Of a stretch of 64,000 nucleotides of DNA, positions 1 through 8,922 are shown in pieces. Positions within the stretch are counted from its first letter, which is position 1, and the number at the start of each line of letters is the position of its first letter. A model generated the notes under the pieces. It was not told where the DNA came from, searched no databases, and saw nothing but the letters and a program-made list of their open reading frames with translations. The stretch lies in NCBI GenBank assembly GCA_040880705.1, contig JBBDHU010000006.1:422832-486831 (forward strand), written 5' to 3'. Source of the stretch: Actinomycetota bacterium. Its GTDB lineage: Bacteria > Actinomycetota > UBA4738 > JBBDHU01. The position numbers were made by a program, and so were the translations under genes.

Positions 1-104
1 CGGCCTCCGTTTCGGCGGTTGCAGTGGGAAACGAGGTTCCCAGGATCCTTCGCACGAACGACACGGGCGACCTAGCCGACCTCGCGGGACCAAGGAAACG
101 ATAA
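1..104 (+). CDS. 3' end of an upstream gene (partial), ending ...GDLADLAGPRKR* at TAA 102-104. Possibly the histidine-phosphatase-family gene that usually precedes DUF3090/SCO1664 in Actinobacteria.
   Basis: An open frame runs from the window edge to TAA at 102-104, immediately before the DUF3090 ATG. Operon context only, no motif evidence. Confidence 0.3.
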   Translation, partial: ASVSAVAVGNEVPRILRTNDTGDLADLAGPRKR

Positions 105-608
105 ATGGAACTGGAGCGAGTCGACCGAATCACCTCCGATGCCTTGGGCGAGCCCGGAGACAGGACGTTCTACCTCCAGATCCGGAAAGGGCCCGACCTG
201 ATCTCGGTGCTCGTCGAGAAACAGCACATTCAGCTCCTCGCCGCATCGATCCTCGAGATCCTCGAGCGCGCCGGGAAGGAGACCGGGGAAGGGCCGGCGG
301 AAGAGGACATGGCGCTCGAGGAGCCGATCGAACCGATCTGGCGGGCGGGGAGGCTCTCCATCGGCTATGAGGAGGCGGAGGACGTGGTCGTCCTGGAGAT
401 AGAGGAGCTTGTGCCCGATGAGGAACAGGAAGAGCGCGAGCCCGACCACCTGCGCGTGTGGGCAACGCGGGAACAGATGCTCGCGCTGTCACGCCATGGG
501 GCGCTCGTATCGGAACGCGGCCGGCCGAGCTGTCAGTTCTGCGGCAACCCGATGGATGCCGACGGCCACGTGTGCCCGGCCATGAACGGCCATTCCGCGC
601 CCACTTGA
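105..608 (+). CDS. DUF3090 family protein (three-Cys C-terminal motif CQFCGNP...DGHVCP)
   Basis: 167-aa ORF. C-terminal CxxC...HxC motif and overall composition are typical of DUF3090. It is followed by an SCO1664-family gene, the canonical partner. Its TGA stop overlaps the next gene's TTG (cTTGA). Confidence 0.75.
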   Translation: MELERVDRITSDALGEPGDRTFYLQIRKGPDLISVLVEKQHIQLLAASILEILERAGKETGEGPAEEDMALEEPIEPIWRAGRLSIGYEEAEDVVVLEIEELVPDEEQEEREPDHLRVWATREQMLALSRHGALVSERGRPSCQFCGNPMDADGHVCPAMNGHSAPT

Positions 609-1330
609 AGTTCGCCTTGCAGCCGGACGAGCAGGTCGTTCCGCTACTGCAGAACGGGGACCTCGAGGTCTTGGGAATCCTGCCGAACGCCTCCAACTAC
701 ACGTTCCTCGCCCGCGTCGCCGCGAACGGCGCGGAGGTCAAGGGCGTTTACAAGCCGCGAACGGGAGAAGCGCCGCTTTGGGACTTCCCCGACGGCACGC
801 TTTGTAACCGGGAGGTTGCTGCGTACGTGGTTGCGAGACACCTCGGGTGGCCGGCGGTTCCGCCGACCGTGTTGCGCGACGGTCCCGAGGGCCCGGGATC
901 GCTCCAACTCTTCATCGAATTCGATCCGAACGAACACTTCTTCACGCTCCGCGAGAAGCATCAGGAGGAGTTTCGGCGTGTCGCCGCGTTCGACGCGATC
1001 GTGAACAACGCGGACCGAAAGGGCGGCCACTGCCTGCTCGGCTCCGACGGCCGTATCCACGTGATCGATCACGGCGTGTGCTTCAACGCCGACCCGAAAC
1101 TTCGAACCGTGGTGTGGGACTTCGCCGGGGAGCCATTGCCGGACGAGTTGGCGAACGATCTGCAGGAGTTCGGATTATCTCTTCGGGGAGGTGACCTGCG
1201 CAGATCCCTGGAATCCCTGCTGGATGCGGCCGAAATGGATTCCCTCGCCGCGAGGACCTCCGCGTTGGTCGAATCCCAGCGATTTCCGGTTCCGGGTTCG
1301 GGTCGGCCCTATCCGTGGCCTATGATCTGA
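605..1330 (+). CDS. SCO1664 family protein (PI3/4-kinase-like fold protein that partners DUF3090)
   Basis: Motifs NASNYTF, GVYKP, NADRKGGHCL and HVIDHGVCF match the SCO1664 family. I moved the start to the in-frame TTG at 605 that overlaps the upstream stop. The track's start at 458 would overlap DUF3090 by 150 nt. Confidence 0.7.
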   Translation: MKFALQPDEQVVPLLQNGDLEVLGILPNASNYTFLARVAANGAEVKGVYKPRTGEAPLWDFPDGTLCNREVAAYVVARHLGWPAVPPTVLRDGPEGPGSLQLFIEFDPNEHFFTLREKHQEEFRRVAAFDAIVNNADRKGGHCLLGSDGRIHVIDHGVCFNADPKLRTVVWDFAGEPLPDELANDLQEFGLSLRGGDLRRSLESLLDAAEMDSLAARTSALVESQRFPVPGSGRPYPWPMI

Positions 1331-1830
1331 TCGTGCAAGTTCGTCACGCCTCGGTCCAATCCCCCTTCGGCGAGTTGCTGGTTGCCGCGACCGAACGCGG
1401 GGTCGTCCGGGTGGCATTCCCCGAGGAAAATGGGGATGCGGTCCTGGGCGAGCTGTCCGACGAGTTCTCGGCGGATGTTTCCGCAGGCACTCTCGACCAC
1501 GAGAGGCAGGAGCTGCAGGAATACTTCGACGGTCGCCTCAGGGACTTCGACGTCCCCGTGGACCTCGGGCTCGCCCCCGGATTCTCCCGGCGCGTGCTGG
1601 AAGCGACCGCCCGGATTCCTTACGGGTCCGTGTCGACTTACGGTGACGTGGCCGCCAATGCCGGCAGCCGCCGCGCCGCCCGCGCGGCCGGAAACGCCTT
1701 GAAGGGCAACCCGGTGCCGATAATCGTGCCCTGTCATCGCGTGATCCGCTCCGGAGGGGATCTCGGCGGATACGCAGGGCGGGAGGACCGAAAGGCGTTT
1801 CTACTCTCGCTCGAGGGAGCACGAAGCTAG
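1315..1830 (+). CDS. ogt: methylated-DNA--protein-cysteine methyltransferase
   Basis: 171-aa ORF with the PCHRV active-site motif and a helix-turn-helix region (YGDVAANAGSRRAARAAG), which are hallmarks of Ogt/MGMT. Its start overlaps the upstream stop by 16 nt. Confidence 0.85.
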   Translation: MAYDLIVQVRHASVQSPFGELLVAATERGVVRVAFPEENGDAVLGELSDEFSADVSAGTLDHERQELQEYFDGRLRDFDVPVDLGLAPGFSRRVLEATARIPYGSVSTYGDVAANAGSRRAARAAGNALKGNPVPIIVPCHRVIRSGGDLGGYAGREDRKAFLLSLEGARS

Positions 1831-1858
1831 TTCTTCGTTCGGGCCTAGACTTAGGGCC

Positions 1859-2419
1859 ATGGCCGAGAGGCGATCGGGCGTCGGTGCAGCACTCCTTGCG
1901 GTAGGCGGCATCGCCCTCGGACACATCGCCAGCTACTCGCTCGCCATCCCGGCCGCGGACGCCCGCGAAACTCATCTGGCCGCAACCGGTCACGGCTCGT
2001 TCGGGCTCGTCTCGGCTGCGGCCGTCGTCGCCGCATTGGCGGGGCTCGCTGTCGTGGTCAAAACCACGATGTCACATGCCGGGTCCCTCGGGTTCCGGGC
2101 ATGCGCGGTGCGGCTTGCAGGGATCCAGGCTCCAGGCTTTCTGCTGCTGGAGCTCGCCGAAAGACGATTTGCGTTCGTCGAGGCCGTCGGCGATCCGGCC
2201 GTGATCGTCGGTTTTCTCGTACAGGTTCTGGTTGCCCTGGCCGGTGCCGCTTTCCTCACGCTCCTCGTTCGAACCGTCGAGGCGATCGTGGCCCCAAGGC
2301 GCCGACACCCGCGAGCCGCGCGTTCGTTCCCCAAGGCCGGACGAACGGTGCCGATTCGAATCTCCGCCTTCCTCGGCGGTTCACGGCTCCGCGCCCCACC
2401 CTTGCCGCTCGCATCCTGA
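1859..2419 (+). CDS. hypothetical integral membrane protein
   Basis: 186-aa ORF with several long hydrophobic segments (ALLAVGGIALGHI, AAAVVAALAGLAVVV, VGFLVQVLVALAGAAFLTLLV). First gene of a plus-strand run that ends at 4544. Confidence 0.45.
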   Translation: MAERRSGVGAALLAVGGIALGHIASYSLAIPAADARETHLAATGHGSFGLVSAAAVVAALAGLAVVVKTTMSHAGSLGFRACAVRLAGIQAPGFLLLELAERRFAFVEAVGDPAVIVGFLVQVLVALAGAAFLTLLVRTVEAIVAPRRRHPRAARSFPKAGRTVPIRISAFLGGSRLRAPPLPLAS

Positions 2420-2464
2420 GAAATGCCGCGCGACGGGCGCGGCGGCGAGAGGAAAGGGATTTCG

Positions 2465-3037
2465 ATGCAAAAAGGAAAGTGGATTGCGATCGTCTTGAGC
2501 GCGATCGGGCTCATTGCCTTGTTCGTGATCCTTCGGCCAAAGGGAGAAACGGGCGGCAACGGAAACTCGGCCCCCGCGCGGGCGGAAGTCGCGGTTAGCG
2601 ACGGCCGGGTGGACGGGCCCGACACTTTGGAAACTACGGTGGGATCGAAGGTGTCGATAGTCGTTCACAGCGACACGGCCGGCAAGGTTCACATTCACGG
2701 ATACGAGAAACTCGCCGACGTTTCGGCGGGCGGATCCGCGACGCTGTCTTTCGTCGCGGATGCAGCAGGGCGTTTCGAAGTCGAGTTCCACGGCGGTCAT
2801 GAGGGCGGCGGCACGGAAGGGTTCCGGGGAAGGTCGAAGCCGAAGCACCAAGGTGAGAGCCATCCTGAGGACAAGCCGCGCCACGACGACAAGCCCAAGA
2901 GAGAGGACAAACCCAAACAGGACGACAATCCCAGTCCCGAAGACGAAGCCGGAACGACCCCGGAGACGACAGGATCGGATCAACACGGTGAGCCGGTCGG
3001 CACTCTGCTGCTGCTCGAGTTGATCGTCACCCCGTGA
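2465..3037 (+). CDS. membrane-anchored secreted protein with a cupredoxin-like beta domain and an acidic/basic K-D-E-P-rich C-terminal tail
   Basis: ATG at 2465 is preceded by GAGAGGAAAGGG. The N-terminus MQKGKWIAIVLSAIGLIALFVIL is a signal-anchor. The strand pattern VSIVVHSDTAGKVHIHGYEKL...ATLSFVADAAGRFEVEFHGGHEG resembles a COX2-like or cupredoxin fold but has no Cys ligands. The tail is HPEDKPRHDDKPKREDKPKQDD. Confidence 0.5.
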   Translation: MQKGKWIAIVLSAIGLIALFVILRPKGETGGNGNSAPARAEVAVSDGRVDGPDTLETTVGSKVSIVVHSDTAGKVHIHGYEKLADVSAGGSATLSFVADAAGRFEVEFHGGHEGGGTEGFRGRSKPKHQGESHPEDKPRHDDKPKREDKPKQDDNPSPEDEAGTTPETTGSDQHGEPVGTLLLLELIVTP

Positions 3038-4341
3038 CGGGAATCCTGGCCCACGGGATCGGCGGACGGATAGACCTGCCCGTTCCCCGATGGCTGTTCG
3101 TCTACGGCGCGGCGACCGCGGTCGTGATCAGCTTCGTGGCGCTTGCGGTGCTCTGGCGCGAGCCGCGGCTCCAGCAACTCCGGGAAGGACGGGCCCTGCC
3201 CGCTTTCCTCGAACGGCTACTGACGAGCCGATTGATAGAACGGATCCTCCGGTGGGGATTCTTCGGATTGTTCGTGATCCTCGTGGTCGGCGCGCTAACG
3301 GGAAGCCCCCAGATCTCGCGAAATATCGTCCCGGTCTTCGTCTACGTGTGGTTCTGGATAGGCCTGGCGTTCCTGCATGCGATCTTCGGGAACCTTTGGG
3401 CGACGATCTCGCCGTTCGACACCATCGGCAGGCTCATGGGCCTCGAGCGAGCCAGGCGGCCTTATCCCAAGTCCTGGGGGAAATGGCCTGCCGCGTTCTT
3501 GTTGCTCGGATTCGTGTGGATGGAGCTCGTCGACCCATCGGGCGCGACGCCGCGCTCGGTAGGGGCGGCGATGGTCGTGTACACCGTGCTGATGGTCGTG
3601 GGCATGGCGGTGTTCGGGCGAAAGCAATGGCTCGAAAACGGCGATGGATTCGGCGTGTACTTCGGCCTCCTCTCGCGTATCGCGCCATTCGATCGCGACC
3701 GGCGAGGCAGGGTGGTCGTCCGTCCGGTGCTGGGCGGCCTCCCCTCCCTACCGCCGCAACCGGGATTGATCGCATTCGTGATGGTGCTACTCGGCTCGAC
3801 CACATTCGACGGCGCCAGCCGGTCGAACTTTTGGCAATCCTTGACCGGAAGCCTGACGGGTGCTCCTGAATTGCTGGCGGGAACAGCAGGGCTCCTCGCG
3901 GTGATCGGCGCCGTGGCACTGGCGTACACCCTGGCCATGTCGGCGGCCGGCGCCATAACCCGCTCGCCGTGGCACCCCCTTGCGGTTCGCTTCGTTCACA
4001 GCCTGGTGCCGATCGCCTTCGCGTACGTAGTGGCTCATTACTTCTCCTTGTTGGTGATCGAAGGACAGCAGGTCCTGGTCTTGATGTCCGACCCGTTCGG
4101 ACTCGGATTCGACCTGTTCGGGACGGCAAGCTGGAGCATCAATCTCGGCCTGGTTTCCGCGACGACGATCTGGTACGTGCAGGTCACCGCGATCGTCGCG
4201 GGACATGTCGGGGGGGTCGTGCTCGCCCACGACCGCGCGATCGCCATCTTCCCGCAGGAGATCGCCCTTAGGACCCAGTACGCCCTTCTGGCCGTGATGG
4301 TGCTCTTCACCATCACCGGATTGCTGATCCTCTCGGGCTGA
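3034..4341 (+). CDS. polytopic integral membrane protein (about 10 TM), unknown function
   Basis: 435-aa ORF with many hydrophobic helices. It overlaps the upstream stop (GTGA) and the downstream start (ATGA), which suggests translational coupling in an operon. Confidence 0.6.
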   Translation: MTGILAHGIGGRIDLPVPRWLFVYGAATAVVISFVALAVLWREPRLQQLREGRALPAFLERLLTSRLIERILRWGFFGLFVILVVGALTGSPQISRNIVPVFVYVWFWIGLAFLHAIFGNLWATISPFDTIGRLMGLERARRPYPKSWGKWPAAFLLLGFVWMELVDPSGATPRSVGAAMVVYTVLMVVGMAVFGRKQWLENGDGFGVYFGLLSRIAPFDRDRRGRVVVRPVLGGLPSLPPQPGLIAFVMVLLGSTTFDGASRSNFWQSLTGSLTGAPELLAGTAGLLAVIGAVALAYTLAMSAAGAITRSPWHPLAVRFVHSLVPIAFAYVVAHYFSLLVIEGQQVLVLMSDPFGLGFDLFGTASWSINLGLVSATTIWYVQVTAIVAGHVGGVVLAHDRAIAIFPQEIALRTQYALLAVMVLFTITGLLILSG

Positions 4342-4544
4342 TGATCGCGCACGCGACCGGGATAGACGACGTGCTCATCGCCGCCGCGATCGTCGGGCTC
4401 TTTCTCCTGTACTCCTCCCGGCGCCGAAAGCGCCAGGCCGGACCGGCGGCGCGACGAACCGGCAAGTGTCTGTACTGTGGAGGTGCGCTCGGCGCCGGCG
4501 TTGCCAGGTGCCCCGAGTGCGGTTTTCGAACGCCGAAAGGATGA
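4341..4544 (+). CDS. small single-TM protein with a C-terminal zinc-ribbon (CLYCG...CPECG)
   Basis: 67-aa ORF. Its ATG overlaps the upstream TGA. It has one TM helix followed by a CxxC-x9-CxxC ribbon. Its small size keeps confidence moderate. Confidence 0.4.
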   Translation: MIAHATGIDDVLIAAAIVGLFLLYSSRRRKRQAGPAARRTGKCLYCGGALGAGVARCPECGFRTPKG

Positions 4545-4557
4545 CGCACCAGTGAGG

Positions 4558-5523
4558 ATGACCAGAGCGGCGAGTCTCGTGGCGGTTTGCGTGCTGGCAG
4601 CGGCTTGCTCGAAAAGTGGCACGACCACCCAGACGGGCACGACCGAGATCGGCGCCGAGGTGGCCAGCTACGAACTCGTGGCCGGCGAGCCCAACAGGTT
4701 CCTGGTCGGGCTGATCGCAGCGGACAATCGGCTCGTCAGCTACGGAACCGTGAAGATGGCCTTCGCGTTCGTCGGCACTGAGAAGAATCCCGTTTCGCCT
4801 GAGGCCGGCGCCCCCAAGACCGGCCGTTTCATCCTTGTGCCCCCTGAGGACAGCCCGGTGATAACCAGCGGCGAGATCTCGCAGGCGCAAGAGAAGGCCC
4901 CGGAGCTGACCGCCCCCGACGTGGCCCGCGGGGTGTACCAAGCGAGCGGAGTGTCGTTCGACAAACCCGGTTTCTGGCAGGTGGAGGTCACGGTCGATCT
5001 CGACGACCTGGGCAAGCAGGCGGCGACCGCTTCCTTCCAAGTTGTGGACAACCCGTCGTATCCGGCCGTCGGGGAACGAGCTCCGCAGACGAACAACCTG
5101 ACGCTCAAGTCGCATCTGGGGGCGCCCCTGACGGCCGTCGACTCCCGCGCCGCACACGGCAAGGTCCCCGACCCCGGGCTGCACCAGTGGACCGTCTCGA
5201 AGGCCATATCGGAGGGAAAGCCCGTGCTCGTGGTCGTCTCGACACCCGTCTATTGCATCAGCCGCTTCTGCGGGCCGATCACGGACGAGGTGGCTGGACT
5301 CGAGAAGACATACGGGGACCAGGTCGCATTCGTGCACATCGAGGTATGGAAGGATCACGACAAGAATGTCGTGAACGTCGGAGCCGCGGACTGGGTGCTG
5401 CGCCACCGCGACCTGACCGAGCCGTGGGTCTTCCTCGTGGATACGAACGGGAAGATCGTGGACCGATGGCAGAACGTTCTCGACGTCCGGGAGCTCGAGA
5501 GCCGTCTGCAGACCGTTGCGTAA
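4558..5523 (+). CDS. lipoprotein with a C-terminal thioredoxin-like (TlpA/redoxin-like) fold
   Basis: ATG at 4558 follows GAGG. The lipobox LAAACS is followed by a Thr/Gly-rich linker. The C-terminal region PVLVVVSTPVYCISRFCGPITDE...FLVDTNGKIVDRW looks like a redoxin fold with an atypical C-x4-C in place of CxxC. Confidence 0.6.
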   Translation: MTRAASLVAVCVLAAACSKSGTTTQTGTTEIGAEVASYELVAGEPNRFLVGLIAADNRLVSYGTVKMAFAFVGTEKNPVSPEAGAPKTGRFILVPPEDSPVITSGEISQAQEKAPELTAPDVARGVYQASGVSFDKPGFWQVEVTVDLDDLGKQAATASFQVVDNPSYPAVGERAPQTNNLTLKSHLGAPLTAVDSRAAHGKVPDPGLHQWTVSKAISEGKPVLVVVSTPVYCISRFCGPITDEVAGLEKTYGDQVAFVHIEVWKDHDKNVVNVGAADWVLRHRDLTEPWVFLVDTNGKIVDRWQNVLDVRELESRLQTVA

Positions 5524-5557
5524 CTCCGCGGAATCGCCCGACTCCCCTAACATGTAG

Positions 5558-6475
5558 TTGATGGCCCAAGAACCTCCTCCTTTCGAAGCTCCGCCGCTCG
5601 AGGCCTGCTACAGGCATCCCAACGTAGGAACGCGGGTCCATTGCACGCGCTGTGAACGCCCCATCTGCCCCGAATGCATGATCCCGGCGCCGGTCGGTTA
5701 CCAGTGCCCCGAGTGCGTCGAGCAAGCGCGGCGCGAGTTCCGCGCCGGCCCGCAGCGCCGGGCGCGGCAAGCAGCAACCACCTCGCCGACCAAGATAATC
5801 CTGGCGGCTATCGCCGCGATGTTCGTTGTCGAACTCGTGCGCTCGGGAGGCGGCGGCGTCGGAACGGGGCCGTCGCTTCAAACCCTCGTCGACCTCGGCG
5901 CCATGTTCCCCCCGGCGGTTGCTGCGGGACAGTACTGGCGGCTCTTCACCTCGATGTTCCTGCACGCCGGAATACTTCACATCGCCTTCAACGGGTACGC
6001 CCTCTGGATATTCGGACCCGTCGTCGAGGAGGAGTTCGGCAGGATTCGCTTCGTGCTCATCTACTTCCTGTCCGGTTTCCTCGCCGGCGTGGCCTCGTAC
6101 ACGTTCGGCCCGCCGGTGGAGGTCGGAGTCGGGGCTTCCGGGGCGATCGTCGGCGTGTTCGGTGCGTTCATCGCGTTCAATTTCCGCAGGCGCCACCTCG
6201 GACTGGCCCGCGCGAGGCTGCGGATGGCGGCCACCTTGATCGTGATAAATGCGGTTATCGCCCTCGCGATTCCATCTATCGACTGGCGAGCGCACGTCGG
6301 AGGATTGGTCGCCGGGTTCGCAACCGGGCTGTTCGCCGAGGGCTTCGGAAAGCGGTCCACGCGAGTCATGATCCAAGTCGCGGGATTCGCCGCCCTCACC
6401 GTGGCCGGGATCGCACTCCTCATGTGGAGAACGGAGCAACTCCGGGAACTCCTTGCCGGTACACCCTTCGCCTGA
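5558..6475 (+). CDS. rhomboid family intramembrane serine protease with an N-terminal zinc-ribbon
   Basis: N-terminus has CYRHP...CTRCERPICPEC...YQCPEC (zinc-ribbon). Catalytic serine GASGAIVG and histidine AHVGGLVAG lie in TM helices. The FLHAGILHIAFNGYAL rhomboid motif is also present. Confidence 0.8.
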   Translation: MMAQEPPPFEAPPLEACYRHPNVGTRVHCTRCERPICPECMIPAPVGYQCPECVEQARREFRAGPQRRARQAATTSPTKIILAAIAAMFVVELVRSGGGGVGTGPSLQTLVDLGAMFPPAVAAGQYWRLFTSMFLHAGILHIAFNGYALWIFGPVVEEEFGRIRFVLIYFLSGFLAGVASYTFGPPVEVGVGASGAIVGVFGAFIAFNFRRRHLGLARARLRMAATLIVINAVIALAIPSIDWRAHVGGLVAGFATGLFAEGFGKRSTRVMIQVAGFAALTVAGIALLMWRTEQLRELLAGTPFA

Positions 6476-6512
6476 AGCCGGGCGCGCTCAACTAGCGCGC
6501 GTTGCGAGCCGT

Positions 6513-6959
6513 TCAGCCGGGGCGAAAGGCAGGAAGCCCGTCTCCCTCCTCAGAGATAAACAGATACTCCGTCCGGATGAGGTCCGCCAACCCCCGCGAG
6601 ATGCGGTTGAAACCCTCCCGATCCCAGGACTCGGCTGCATCCAGGATCTTCCCTTCCTCGCCGACGAGGAAGAGCGTTGGAACCGCTTCAATGCCGTACG
6701 CGTCGGACAGGGCGTAGGGGTCGGTATCGGCGACAGAAGGAAAGCTGAGCCGGTAGGTCTTCGAGAACTCCTCGAGGTCGGTTTGCGAATCCTGTCCGAT
6801 GCCGGTGATCCTGCCCGGATAAGCATCTTCGAACCGATCCGCGTAGGGCGCCGCCATCTGGCAAACGGGGCAAGTCACCTTGTAGAAGAAGAGGGCCGAC
6901 GGGCCGAACCGCACGCCCGGAATCGCGGGGGCCGCCGCGCCGGGCAGGAGGATGCTCAC
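6513..6959 (-). CDS. thioredoxin-like (redoxin/TlpA-family) protein
   Basis: 148-aa ORF with a CPVC active-site motif after a beta strand (FFYKVTCPVCQ) and a thioredoxin-fold size. Confidence 0.65.
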   Translation of the reverse strand: MSILLPGAAAPAIPGVRFGPSALFFYKVTCPVCQMAAPYADRFEDAYPGRITGIGQDSQTDLEEFSKTYRLSFPSVADTDPYALSDAYGIEAVPTLFLVGEEGKILDAAESWDREGFNRISRGLADLIRTEYLFISEEGDGLPAFRPG

Positions 6960-7009
6960 GAATCCACCTTACCGCCGCCCGGTAGAATGCATTGCCCTAG
7001 GAGGCCTAA

Positions 7010-7372
7010 TTGACCGATGCAGCGCTGTTCATTCGTTGGGGAGCGACCGCCACCGGCCGCGAGAAGAAGGCGATCGACATCTTCGGGGAGTCCCTTCGCT
7101 ATCTCACGGGCCTCGTCGCCGAGGGAAGGGTGGCGTCGGTGGAGCCATTCTTCGTCGAACCCCACGGCGGCGACCTCGAGGGTTTCTGGATAGTCCGAGG
7201 CGACCGTGAGGAACTCGACAAGATCCGTTCCGGCGACGAGTTCCAGAGGCTCTCGGTGCGCGCGCAGGCCGTCGTACAAAACTTTGGCGTACTCGACGCG
7301 ATCACGGGGGAACAACTCAACAAGCACATGGCGTGGTTCGCGCAGGCCGCCCAGGAGGCCGACCGGGGCTAG
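7010..7372 (+). CDS. hypothetical cytoplasmic protein
   Basis: 120-aa ORF with ordinary composition. It is convergent with the next gene and overlaps it by 4 nt. Confidence 0.45.
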   Translation: MTDAALFIRWGATATGREKKAIDIFGESLRYLTGLVAEGRVASVEPFFVEPHGGDLEGFWIVRGDREELDKIRSGDEFQRLSVRAQAVVQNFGVLDAITGEQLNKHMAWFAQAAQEADRG

Positions 7373-8922
7373 CGCTTGTCGCCCAGTCCGAACATCGCGC
7401 CGCCCCGCGATCCGATGTAGATCATCCCGTGCCAGATCGCCGGCGTGGATTCGATACAGCTCCCGAGCTTGACATCCCAGAGCTTCCTCGGCTTCTTGGC
7501 CGGGTTCGATACGTCGAAGCCGTGCACGGTCCCGCCGCAATCCCCGATCACCAGCACGTCGTCCACCACGGCGGGTGAGCTCCAAACCGGCGGCACCAGG
7601 CTCACCTCCCATTTCACCTTCCCCGTGTCCTTGTCGATGCCCATCAGTTCGCCGGAGTTTGAGGCCGCGTAGATCATGTCGCCGTAGATGGCGGGAGTCG
7701 CGAAGAACCCGCCGTCTCCGTCAACGGGCTGTGTGGCGTCGACCGACCATTTCACGGGGTTGCTCTTCCTCCTGGGATCGAGCTTCACGAGCTGTCCGAT
7801 CTTGCGTGCCCGACCGTCGCCCGGCTCGAAATGGCTGCTCGCATAAAGGAACCCTCCATGGTCGATGACGACGGAGGCGTCGTTCTCCCCGCCCATCCAG
7901 AATCGGAAGACACGACGGGGTTTCGCACCGCCCTTGAGCGTGTTGGAGACGTCCCAGCCCTGAATCAGACCTCCGGAGTTGCCGAAGTATGCGATGCCGT
8001 CGTCGTATGCCACAGAGCTTTCGATGGAAACGTCGGTATCGGGAATCTGGGCCATCAACGCACCGTCGTAGCCCGGTACCGTCGCAACGATGCGCGGATC
8101 GACGGTCACCTTGCCCGCCTTGTCGTAGTCGCGATTTAGTTTGATCACGTAGAACCAGGAATTCTCGCTTCCCTCCAGGAGATAGTCGCCGACGATCAGC
8201 GGCGCTGCGTCCCAGTCGTTGTTCCAAACAGGATTCGGGACGCTCGTCTCGGCATTCACCGACCAGAGCTCCTTCGGTTTCTGCCGGTCGAGCGCGATGA
8301 CGCGCAATTCGTTGTCGCGCGAACCGCCGTAGTGAAGCGGGTAGCCGTCTGGATCCGAGGTTGAGGATCCCTTCGCCAGATCCCCCGTCCTGAGCGTCGA
8401 GTGCACCTCGTTCCCCGTCCGCCCGTTCAGGAAGTGGTAGCCGTAGTCGTATGCGCCGAACCTGATCTCGACGCTGCCGTCCTTTTGCGGGACTACGGTA
8501 GGTTGTCCGTTCCACCCCGTTCCGCACCACTGCTTGGTCTCGGTGCCGTCGGTGGAGACTCCGCACATCCCGCCCGTCTCCGGGTAACGCCACAGGACCT
8601 TCGGGTGCTTCGGGACGGGGCCTTCGCCGTAGTAGGTACGCGTCAGGTTCCCTCGGAACGTCGTCAGGCCTGGGAAATCGGGATTGATCGGCTCCGCCGC
8701 CGCCGGCTGCGTCGCCGCATGCAGACGCCGCGGCTTATGAGGCTCGGGAGAGGGAGTCGGGCTATCGAGGAACACGGGCTTGGCTTGATCCTTCTCCTCT
8801 TCCCCGCCGAAGCCGACCTGCCAAACGGCGACGAGCACCCCGATGATCACCAGCCCGAGGACGAGCCTTCCGAAGGGAAGCTTGGGCTTGGCGGGCCTGT
8901 GGCTCACCGCCCCTCGTTCCAC
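7369..8922 (-). CDS. membrane-anchored PQQ-like (BamB/YVTN-type) beta-propeller repeat protein
   Basis: N-terminal TM anchor, then a Pro-rich linker. Repeated blades with the x-Y-x-G/A-x-x-G-x-L-x-G-x-D motif occur at AYFGNSGGLIQGWDVSN, IYAASNSGELMGIDKDTGKVKWE, LVIGDCGGTVHGFDVS and IYIGSRGGAMFGLG. Confidence 0.75.
   Translation of the reverse strand: MERGAVSHRPAKPKLPFGRLVLGLVIIGVLVAVWQVGFGGEEEKDQAKPVFLDSPTPSPEPHKPRRLHAATQPAAAEPINPDFPGLTTFRGNLTRTYYGEGPVPKHPKVLWRYPETGGMCGVSTDGTETKQWCGTGWNGQPTVVPQKDGSVEIRFGAYDYGYHFLNGRTGNEVHSTLRTGDLAKGSSTSDPDGYPLHYGGSRDNELRVIALDRQKPKELWSVNAETSVPNPVWNNDWDAAPLIVGDYLLEGSENSWFYVIKLNRDYDKAGKVTVDPRIVATVPGYDGALMAQIPDTDVSIESSVAYDDGIAYFGNSGGLIQGWDVSNTLKGGAKPRRVFRFWMGGENDASVVIDHGGFLYASSHFEPGDGRARKIGQLVKLDPRRKSNPVKWSVDATQPVDGDGGFFATPAIYGDMIYAASNSGELMGIDKDTGKVKWEVSLVPPVWSSPAVVDDVLVIGDCGGTVHGFDVSNPAKKPRKLWDVKLGSCIESTPAIWHGMIYIGSRGGAMFGLGDKR

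Noticed and set aside
4375-6439. Long minus-strand ORFs (392 aa at 4375-5553, 386 aa at 5279-6439) antisense to the lipoprotein and rhomboid genes
   Set aside because: Their products are Arg/Pro/Gly-rich with no motifs, typical of alternate-frame artefacts in high-GC DNA. The sense-strand genes have clear family signatures.
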